Of a stretch of 55,834 nucleotides of DNA, positions 20,120 to 27,419 are shown one piece after another (the stretch's first letter is position 1; the number at the start of each line of letters is the position of its first letter). The notes beneath the pieces were generated by a model, which saw nothing but the letters and a program-made list of their open reading frames with translations, was not told where the DNA came from and made no database searches. Origin of the DNA: an uncultured Candidatus Saccharibacteria bacterium (GTDB lineage: Bacteria > Patescibacteriota > Minisyncoccia > Phycocordibacterales > UBA9973); the NCBI GenBank assembly GCA_964450735.1, contig CAYVDC010000009.1, positions 1 to 55,834 on the forward strand, given 5' to 3'. Position numbers and translations under genes: made by a program.

Positions 20120-20296
20120 TGGTTATGGTTTTAAATTAATAATGTCGCACACGAAGTGCTTTACGGTACTGTATACCCGGCCAATGAAGACTTTCTGAAG
20201 TAAAAATAAACCCGAGTCGGCAAAACTGGATTTTAAAGGGATTTTTTGATAGACTGGCCGTGTCCGGTTGAAACGTCTTTGACCGGCCAATCACAT

Positions 20297-20369
20297 GGTG
20301 CCTATAGTGTAATGGTTAGCACTAGAGTTTGTGGAACTCTCAGTCTGGGTTCAAATCCCAGTAGGCACC
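20297..20369 (+). tRNA. tRNA-His (anticodon GTG) with encoded G-1
   Basis: A cloverleaf folded by hand. The acceptor pairs GTGCCTA with TAGGCAC, plus G-1:C73. The anticodon stem pairs AGAGT with ACTCT around loop TTGTGGA. The T-arm is CTGGG-TTCAAAT-CCCAG. Confidence 0.9.
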
Positions 20370-20445
20370 CACTAATTTTGTTTTTATATACCAAGTCTGT
20401 AGGAATAACCCTATCAGGATTTAAACTTTTGTGTATACTAATGAC

Positions 20446-21411
20446 ATGAAAAGTTTTATGGAGGGTCCTCAGAGAAGCCTTAATCCTGACCAAGCAGGAG
20501 GGGGTTTAGAAAACAAAAAAAATCTTGAAGAGTTAGCTTTCATCGGCTATGCATATCGTAGTTTTATTCAAGATGTAATCAATGGTTCAGTAAAAGAAAA
20601 ATTTAATACAGGTGTTTCTCAGGAATGGTATGAGAAACTTAAAAAAGTTACTGAACCAATGCTTGCTGAAAATAAGCAAATCTTCGAAGAGAAAAATCTC
20701 GATAAAGTGAAACTTCTCCAACAAGTAAGATCATTGCAAGACAAGAGTCAGCTGGTTGAAGATTTAAAAGACCAGATAGAGTTTGAAGAAAAAGTTCCTG
20801 GTTTTTTTGTGCTCAAGATTAACCGACCACTGTTCCAGAAACTTCACCCTGGCGCAGCAGCTTTTGCGTATGTAGGCAAAGAGGGTGCAACTTTTATAGC
20901 ATTGCAAACGCTAACTGAAAATGAAGTTTTTAATAAGAAGGAATATGAAAGTAATGTTCCTCATGAACTTTCACACTTAGTATGGAAAGAAATAAAGAAA
21001 AACAATCTAGTTGAAAATAGAGAACAAAAGGAGGATCTTTTTGAAGCTTTTGCAATGTATAGAGACGAAGTTGTTGCGAGAATAAATGGCGGGCAAAGAG
21101 CTATGGGATATGCTTCGCCGCCCGGTGTTGGCAACAGACATGATAATACTCTTTGGTATTTGCAACCTCATATTACAGAACAAGTGGGCGGACTAAATGA
21201 GCTTCTTACTGAAAAAATTCATCCTCTCCTTAAACAACTTAAACTTTCACCTGATCCTATTTTAGGCATGTGCCTGACTAGTAAAAATTTCTCGGAACTC
21301 AGAGCAAATTTTCTTGAACTTCATACTCGGTTAGAAAAAGCTGCGGGGAAAATTGTACCACAAAAAGAAGAACCCCCGAGTGATATTTCGTCTTGTGTGA
21401 TAGAGCCTTAG
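20446..21411 (+). CDS. Hypothetical protein with HExxH zinc-metallopeptidase-like motif
   Basis: The motif is NVPHELSHLVWKE. The start was set at ATG 20446, which has TATACT 6 nt upstream; the ORF-track start 20431 is a GTG lying inside that -10-like box. Confidence 0.5.
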   Translation: MKSFMEGPQRSLNPDQAGGGLENKKNLEELAFIGYAYRSFIQDVINGSVKEKFNTGVSQEWYEKLKKVTEPMLAENKQIFEEKNLDKVKLLQQVRSLQDKSQLVEDLKDQIEFEEKVPGFFVLKINRPLFQKLHPGAAAFAYVGKEGATFIALQTLTENEVFNKKEYESNVPHELSHLVWKEIKKNNLVENREQKEDLFEAFAMYRDEVVARINGGQRAMGYASPPGVGNRHDNTLWYLQPHITEQVGGLNELLTEKIHPLLKQLKLSPDPILGMCLTSKNFSELRANFLELHTRLEKAAGKIVPQKEEPPSDISSCVIEP

Positions 21412-21540
21412 TGGAATTAGGACTTGGTGGTGGCACCAACTAACTCCAGCTGAATTACTCTACGTTTACAGTACAAATTCTCCCCACACCCCTTCTCAAT
21501 CTATATTTTCTTATCCAAAATAAGGTATACTTTGTCGTAT

Positions 21541-22401
21541 ATGGAAAGCCATTTAAACCCACAAAACTCTCAATATCTTTTGTCCAAAAATACAACAGAA
21601 AAAGATGTCACGAGCGTAAAGAAGCTCGGAGAAACCAACCCCAAACAGGCTGATGCAATACTGGCTTCTTGGGCAAAAGAAATACTAAAAAAGGTAGAGA
21701 AAATTCCTTCCCTTCCGGAAAACAAAGACGAAAATTTTGATAAGCAAGAAATGGAATTATTACTCAATTCAATAGAGCAAAAATTCGATGGTTACCTTGC
21801 TGAAGCAATAGCCGACATAAACAATCTTACCAAGTCAACACAGAATCTTTACCTAAGTGAAAAATTAGACAACATAGAATTTTTGATCGACACAAGCAAG
21901 ACTGGTATTTCAATAAAGCTTGCATTCCCTAACATGAACGGTTCTGTGGAATACGAACTATATAAAGACACGCAATTGGACGAAGATGGAGCTTATGTGA
22001 CGCTTACCAATGCACATCGCGAAGTATCACCAAACATGAGAGGATATGGAATTGCAAAATGGCTTGAAAAAAACATTTCAAAAGCTGCAAAGAATGCCGA
22101 GATCAAGGAACTTTATTTCCAATCACGAGACAAATATAATAGCGTTGTCTTCCCTTTGACTCAGGGATATGAATGTAACGACCAAAAAGACAGAGAGCAG
22201 GCAATCGATATCCTTAAATATCTCTACGATCATCCTGAAGAATATAACAATGAAAGACGAGAAGAATCTTTTTTGAATCTAATTTATTTCAAAAAACGTT
22301 TTACTCCTCAAAATAAACCCCCACTGAAATCCGTACAAGAGGGCGATTCATTGCATAATATTCTTGAGCAGAAGTTGAAGAACCTAAAGAAGAATACTTA
22401 A
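21541..22401 (+). CDS. Hypothetical protein with C-terminal GNAT-like acetyltransferase motif
   Basis: VSPNMRGYGIAKWLEKNI matches GNAT motif A (V-x-P-x-x-R-G-x-G-I). ATG 21541 was preferred over the TTG at 21532. Confidence 0.5.
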   Translation: MESHLNPQNSQYLLSKNTTEKDVTSVKKLGETNPKQADAILASWAKEILKKVEKIPSLPENKDENFDKQEMELLLNSIEQKFDGYLAEAIADINNLTKSTQNLYLSEKLDNIEFLIDTSKTGISIKLAFPNMNGSVEYELYKDTQLDEDGAYVTLTNAHREVSPNMRGYGIAKWLEKNISKAAKNAEIKELYFQSRDKYNSVVFPLTQGYECNDQKDREQAIDILKYLYDHPEEYNNERREESFLNLIYFKKRFTPQNKPPLKSVQEGDSLHNILEQKLKNLKKNT

Positions 22402-22437
22402 TTTAATAAAACTAGGATTGAATCCAGACCCAACAAC

Positions 22438-23367
22438 ATGAAACCCACCATTATCACCTCCGGCCAAGCTTTCACCGACATCGACGCTCTCGCCTGCGCT
22501 GTTTCCTATGCTGAACTTCTTCACTTAGAAGGCGTAGACGCTGAGGTTGTCCTACCAGGCCCGCTCAATCACAGTATTACTCCGACTATCAAGTCGTGGG
22601 ATTTTACATACGTCACGGAGCCCACAGTGCAAGAGTATCAATCCGTCCTCGTCGATGTTTCCGAAGAAAGCCATTTTGCAAAATGCGCTCAGCCTGAGAC
22701 GATCACTGAGGTCTTTGATCATCGGTATGGTTTTCAGGATTATTGGAACGCAACACTTGGAAGTGGATCACATATCGAACTTGTCGGATCATGCGCCACC
22801 TTGATATGGGAAGAATTCATCAAACGAGGACAATCAGAAAGAATAAGCGCCACTTCTGCAAATCTCCTTCTCGTCGCTATTGTTTCCAATACACTTTGCT
22901 TCAAGGCGCAGATTACTCACCAAAGAGACATCAAAGCTTTTAATGAACTACAGAAATACATTTCTTTGCCAAGTGATTGGCAAGAAACATATTTCACTGA
23001 ACAAGAGGCCGATGTATTCGCAGATATTCAATCAGCAATTATTTCCGACACAAAGGTACTAGAAATTCCAGGCCTTGGCTTCCCTATTGTTATGGGCCAG
23101 CTCGAATTATGGGACGGCAATTCATTTATTGAAAAGCACCAGAGCGAGATAGAATCTGCTCTAACGAGCTTTAAATATGAGTATTGGTTCATGAGCGTAC
23201 CGTCGATCAAAGAAGGTATAAATTATTTCTATACAAAAAATGAACAACTGAAGCGTTTACTAGAAAAATATACCCAAGCGGTTTTTATTGGCGACACAGG
23301 CACCACCTCAAAGCTCTGGCTTCGCAAAGAAGTCCGGGCTGAACTTCTAAAAGGCACCGGAAATTAA
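22438..23367 (+). CDS. DHH-family phosphoesterase-like protein (family II pyrophosphatase/PPX1-like fold, atypical motifs)
   Basis: The N-terminus IITSGQAFTDIDALACAVSYAELL parallels GHxNPDxDAxxSAxAY. VLVDVSE, VFDHRYG (DHR instead of DHH/DHN) and VGSCATLIWEEF are also present. Confidence 0.45.
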   Translation: MKPTIITSGQAFTDIDALACAVSYAELLHLEGVDAEVVLPGPLNHSITPTIKSWDFTYVTEPTVQEYQSVLVDVSEESHFAKCAQPETITEVFDHRYGFQDYWNATLGSGSHIELVGSCATLIWEEFIKRGQSERISATSANLLLVAIVSNTLCFKAQITHQRDIKAFNELQKYISLPSDWQETYFTEQEADVFADIQSAIISDTKVLEIPGLGFPIVMGQLELWDGNSFIEKHQSEIESALTSFKYEYWFMSVPSIKEGINYFYTKNEQLKRLLEKYTQAVFIGDTGTTSKLWLRKEVRAELLKGTGN

Positions 23368-23386
23368 ACTTTGCTATACTTACTTT

Positions 23387-24553
23387 ATGGAATTTATACC
23401 AATGCATCGATCACCCGAAGATAGTACGGGCGGATTGCGAAACAACAAAAAGACTGAGGAATCTACTGAAAAGAAGGATGCCGCTCAGGAAAACACCGAG
23501 AATACCCCTGCTTCCGAATGGACTGATCCTCCAGTAGATACTTTGCTCCGTATTAACGCGGAACTCGAAAAATACGAAGACGAAAATTGGGAAATTCGTG
23601 AAATTCCTGAGCTCTTTGGATTGGATGGAAAACTTAACAAAGACTTGTTTGCAGGACTTGTAATGTACAAAGCTCCGCAGTATTTGCTCTATGGAACAGA
23701 AGGTGCGCGCGAAGCAATCGACTTTCTTGAAAAGCTAGATGCAAGGCTACAGGATGAAGAGCTCGCGAACACTATTGTATTTTTGAAGGAACAGCTTCCC
23801 TACTTGGATGAAGCTATGGTTATCTCAGACAAAGCTTTCGATGAACTCAACATCGTTCTTGAAAAGGCAAGCCGAGGCAAGCATTGGTTCGACGATATGA
23901 AAGAAAAAGCGGATGCTTCGCTCGCTGGATCAAAAGCAAACTTACTCCGAGCAAAAGTGGAGATCGCTGTTACTGAAATGATTAACAAAACATACGAAGG
24001 ATTGTGGAAGAAGTATCTTGTTGAAGGATACACTAAGGAATCAATTCGTGCTTTGCCAACAAACGAAGAAAATAATTCTGAGTGGATGAAAAGCCCGATT
24101 AAGGAAGCGTACTCACTCTTGAATGCACACACTCCCCTTGAACTGAACAATTTCTACACTGCTGAAGATCAGAAATTATTTAAATCAGGTTCTTGGGATT
24201 ACGCCAATCCTGAACTGGTAATAAATAAAGTAAAAACAATTCTTGAATCAGCTAGTGAAGATGGCATGAGCGATGAAGAAAAAGAATGGAGAAAAGAAAT
24301 CTTGTGGTTTTGGTATCACCATGCGATCAGCTGTGCGATTTTTAAATATAAAGATAAAGAAGCGGCAAAAGAATACTCTCAAATTGCTTTGCAGTATAAA
24401 GCGATAGATCATCCAAACAAAATAACCGATATACTCAATTTACTATTAGATGGCAACATTTCCGCAGCCGAAGAATTGGCACAGATCCTCGAGACTGATA
24501 AAGAAACAGCACTTGGATTGATCGAAGACTACAAGCAAGGAGGAATGATATAA
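23387..24553 (+). CDS. Hypothetical protein (388 aa, acidic, helical)
   Basis: A long ORF with TATACT 6 nt upstream of the ATG. No catalytic motif was recognised. Confidence 0.5.
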   Translation: MEFIPMHRSPEDSTGGLRNNKKTEESTEKKDAAQENTENTPASEWTDPPVDTLLRINAELEKYEDENWEIREIPELFGLDGKLNKDLFAGLVMYKAPQYLLYGTEGAREAIDFLEKLDARLQDEELANTIVFLKEQLPYLDEAMVISDKAFDELNIVLEKASRGKHWFDDMKEKADASLAGSKANLLRAKVEIAVTEMINKTYEGLWKKYLVEGYTKESIRALPTNEENNSEWMKSPIKEAYSLLNAHTPLELNNFYTAEDQKLFKSGSWDYANPELVINKVKTILESASEDGMSDEEKEWRKEILWFWYHHAISCAIFKYKDKEAAKEYSQIALQYKAIDHPNKITDILNLLLDGNISAAEELAQILETDKETALGLIEDYKQGGMI

Positions 24554-24560
24554 TACTCCC

Positions 24561-25520
24561 ATGCCTCTTCATATCACTTTCACCAACACTCCTCCCCTCC
24601 GCGACTGGATGTCAGAAGGTGAAAAAGAATTCCGATCCAAAGCGGCGGAGCAGCTTACAACCATCATGTCTGAGAGTACTTTTTTTACCGAAAGCCCTGT
24701 TGAGATAAGCTTTTTCCAAGAAGGCACTGCTTCAGTGGTTGCATTGATCAAGCAAGATGGGAAACAATATGTTTTCAAAACCTGCTTCAAGCCAGAACGG
24801 GCGCTCATGGAAGCCCAATCATTTCTTCATTGGAACAAAGCCGGGGTTCGGACACCGAACATACTTTTGCAAGGAACAAACAATGGGTATGCTTATTTTA
24901 TAATGGAGTATATAGATGTTCCTGTGGTAAAAAATATACTGGAAAAAGATCCTTCGAAATATTCTCAATTCTACTCAGAAATGGGCCACATCTTTTATAA
25001 ACTGCACTCTCAAGAAATTACTGGTTTCGGGCAGCTTGAATTCCGTAACGGACTTCTTGCTGGAAAATATTCTTCTCTTCGCGACACACTGCATGTTGAA
25101 GTGACGCCTGCCATCCAAGAAGCGCTTGATATCGTAACGACAAGCGGACAAAAGAGTGTTATTGGACATTTTGACTTCAGCACCAATCATTTCTTTGCAA
25201 CCGAACCGCTTACTATTTTTGACCCAGATCCAGAAGCGACCTATCCAAGTATTGATCTGGCATTCTTTTTCCTACTACCAAGAAGTATTGAAGATGAGCG
25301 GCTCATTGAAATGCGAAAAACGGTCGTGCAAGCATATATGGAGGATTCGGAACCGATTGATCCAAACGTATTGGCAGCTAGCATCGTCATCAAAGCTCAT
25401 GAAAAAGCGTATGCTCTCAGACTTCTCCCGAGTGCAGACAGAGAACGACGCGCAAAGCATATGATTGATACTGTGGGGACAGTTGCTGATGCATTGATCT
25501 ATCTACAGAAATATCTTTAG
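24561..25520 (+). CDS. Aminoglycoside/choline-kinase-type phosphotransferase (APH family fold)
   Basis: VIGHFDFSTNHFF matches the HGDxxxxN catalytic-loop pattern, and IFDPDPEATYPSIDLAFF matches the D-x-D...DLA region of the APH family. Confidence 0.65.
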   Translation: MPLHITFTNTPPLRDWMSEGEKEFRSKAAEQLTTIMSESTFFTESPVEISFFQEGTASVVALIKQDGKQYVFKTCFKPERALMEAQSFLHWNKAGVRTPNILLQGTNNGYAYFIMEYIDVPVVKNILEKDPSKYSQFYSEMGHIFYKLHSQEITGFGQLEFRNGLLAGKYSSLRDTLHVEVTPAIQEALDIVTTSGQKSVIGHFDFSTNHFFATEPLTIFDPDPEATYPSIDLAFFFLLPRSIEDERLIEMRKTVVQAYMEDSEPIDPNVLAASIVIKAHEKAYALRLLPSADRERRAKHMIDTVGTVADALIYLQKYL

Positions 25521-25533
25521 TAATCAGTAAACC

Positions 25534-26319
25534 ATGCTAGAAAAAATATATTCAAAAGGCAGTGAAATTTCTTTTTCTACTTCTCGCGGCGGAATGATTA
25601 CGTCGCTGAAGCTTAATGGCACAGAAATTACATATTTAGACAAAGAGACATTTGAAAATCCTACCCTAAGTGTCCGCGGCGGCATTCCAATTCTTTTTCC
25701 GAATGCTGGAGAAATTAATGACCCGAAGTTTCCTGGATTGCAGCGACACGGGTTTGCACGCAGTTCTTCGGCTTGGACAGGTGAAGAATATTCGAATGGT
25801 TTCAAAGAGACACTGGTTTCAAACGTCGAAACGATTAAGCAGTTTCCTTTCGATTTTAAATTAACAATTGAAGGAATTCTAGAAGAAGGTGGAACATGTA
25901 CTCTCAAGCAGAAAGTAGAAAATCTCGAAACTGAAAAAGACCTTCCCTTATCTATGGGACTGCATCCCTATTTCAAAGTTCCAAACGAAGAAAAGAAAAA
26001 TATTAGATTTAATTTTGAAGGCGGAAAGTTTATTGATGAACACGCTTCACAGTGGATGAATGGCGAAACTGTTATTATCGATAATCCGAAACTGAAGGAC
26101 CCCAAAGCTGTGCTTGAAATCGTTATTCCCACTCTCGGCACACTTATTATGGACGTATCCGCGGAATATAAAAAGATCTGGATCTGGTCAGAGCCAGGAA
26201 AGGACTTTATCTGTATTGAGCCTGCCATGCGCGGCATCGGAGGACTGGTGAATGATCCGGAAATGATAGGACCAGGAGAAATAATTACTGCATCCGTAAC
26301 TTTCAGTCTCACCAGATAA
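25534..26319 (+). CDS. Aldose 1-epimerase family protein (YeaD/glucose-6-phosphate 1-epimerase-like)
   Basis: The motifs RGGIPILFPNAG, QRHGFAR, GLHPYFKV and FICIEP are present. Confidence 0.8.
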   Translation: MLEKIYSKGSEISFSTSRGGMITSLKLNGTEITYLDKETFENPTLSVRGGIPILFPNAGEINDPKFPGLQRHGFARSSSAWTGEEYSNGFKETLVSNVETIKQFPFDFKLTIEGILEEGGTCTLKQKVENLETEKDLPLSMGLHPYFKVPNEEKKNIRFNFEGGKFIDEHASQWMNGETVIIDNPKLKDPKAVLEIVIPTLGTLIMDVSAEYKKIWIWSEPGKDFICIEPAMRGIGGLVNDPEMIGPGEIITASVTFSLTR

Positions 26320-26369
26320 CCGTTGGCACAATTTGCCATCATTTATACATACGCTATACTCAGACGTAT

Positions 26370-26693
26370 ATGCCAATGATCACCATCAAATACGACGATG
26401 CTCGAGTGCCTGCCGAAGAAGTTACCGTGCTCGGCCATGTCCTCAAGCAGATAGTCCAGAAAGCAACGCAGATTCCAGAGGTCTTCGTATACGCAGACAG
26501 TCCCCGCATCAAGATCGATGTTGCTCCTATCGAAGTCTTTGTGGAAATGAGCGCGAGCAAGATTGCCGACAAAGACACTTTGTTTCGCGACATAAAAGCC
26601 CGCTTTGTTTCCTGGAAACAAGAAGCAGGATTCAGCCACCCAGTAACGATCACACTTACGCCGATGGAATGGATATTTGAGACGGGACTCTAA
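26370..26693 (+). CDS. Small tautomerase-superfamily-like protein
   Basis: The protein starts MPMITIKY, consistent with a Pro-1 beta-alpha-beta unit. At 107 aa it fits a two-unit tautomerase-like size. This rests on weak motif-level evidence only. Confidence 0.4.
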   Translation: MPMITIKYDDARVPAEEVTVLGHVLKQIVQKATQIPEVFVYADSPRIKIDVAPIEVFVEMSASKIADKDTLFRDIKARFVSWKQEAGFSHPVTITLTPMEWIFETGL

Positions 26694-26713
26694 ACTAAAT
26701 AAAGCGATCCACT

Positions 26714-26745
26714 GGCCGGCGCCTTTGGCGCCGGCCTTTTGTTTT
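26714..26745 (+). terminator. Rho-independent terminator ending the plus-strand block
   Basis: A 10-bp GC stem pairs ggccggcgcc (26714-26723) with ggcgccggcc (26727-26736) around loop ttt, followed by ttttgtttt. Confidence 0.75.
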
Positions 26746-26837
26746 CCCCAACTACGCTAGTCATTTTAAAAAAATGGTGTATGATGGGTACAGGCCGAAT
26801 ATTAAATTTATATTAACATTTAACAAAGTACTATCTT

Positions 26838-26990
26838 ATGCTTACTACAATTGCAGTCATCTTATTGATCCTTTGGCTCTTGGGTCTTGTTACCGGTTAC
26901 ACGATCGGATACTTTATTCACATCCTTTTGGTAGTTGCCATCGTGCTCTTCCTCATCCGCATCATCCGCGGCGAAAATCCAGTTAAATAA
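26838..26990 (+). CDS. Small membrane protein (50 aa, lmo0937-like)
   Basis: It is below the ORF-track size cutoff. Hand translation gives MLTTIAVILLILWLLGLVTGYTIGYFIHILLVVAIVLFLIRIIRGENPVK, and a terminator follows. Confidence 0.55.
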   Translation: MLTTIAVILLILWLLGLVTGYTIGYFIHILLVVAIVLFLIRIIRGENPVK

Positions 26991-27014
26991 AACTGCCAAT
27001 ATTCTACACTCATA

Positions 27015-27047
27015 CAAAAGCGAGAGGCGTACCGCCTCTCGCTTTTG
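27015..27047. terminator. Bidirectional rho-independent terminator
   Basis: An 11-bp stem pairs agcgagaggcg (27019-27029) with cgcctctcgct (27033-27043). A-run and T-run flanks lie on either side, and the site sits between convergent genes. Confidence 0.7.
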
Positions 27048-27060
27048 TTATTTATAGATA

Positions 27061-27417
27061 TTACAGCGGCCGGACCATCCACAATCCGTTTATCTCTGCT
27101 GCGACGATAAAATCGTTCTCGGTCAGTCCCCCGACAGAATGAGTAGAGAGCTCAAGCTTTACATGATTGTACGAAATAAAAATATCAGGATGATGCCCAG
27201 CAGTTTCAGCGACGTCGGCTACCTGGTCTACAAAGGCCATTGCTTTAACAAAATCAAGAAAGGTAAATTCTTTTTCAATCGCCTTTCCTCGCTTGACCAT
27301 TTTCCAGCCTTTTACTTTAGGCAAATACTCTTTTGTTTTCTTGAGAGTAAAGACATCCTTTTTCGTGGCCTTCTCGCATGGCTCGCATTTTGGTTTAGCT
27401 TTTGATGTTGGTGTCAT
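27061..27417 (-). CDS. Pterin-4-alpha-carbinolamine dehydratase (PCD/DCoH family)
   Basis: The sequence EFTFLDFVKAMAFVDQVADVAETAGHHPDIFISYNHVKLELSTH contains the canonical HHPD...TH signature. Confidence 0.85.
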   Translation of the reverse strand: MTPTSKAKPKCEPCEKATKKDVFTLKKTKEYLPKVKGWKMVKRGKAIEKEFTFLDFVKAMAFVDQVADVAETAGHHPDIFISYNHVKLELSTHSVGGLTENDFIVAAEINGLWMVRPL

Positions 27418-27419
27418 GA

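Noticed and set aside
20297-27060. I considered a genomic island integrated at tRNA-His.
   Set aside because: I could not find a direct repeat of the tRNA-His 3' end anywhere up to 27.1 kb. There is no integrase, recombinase or other mobility gene, and base composition looks similar to the flanks.
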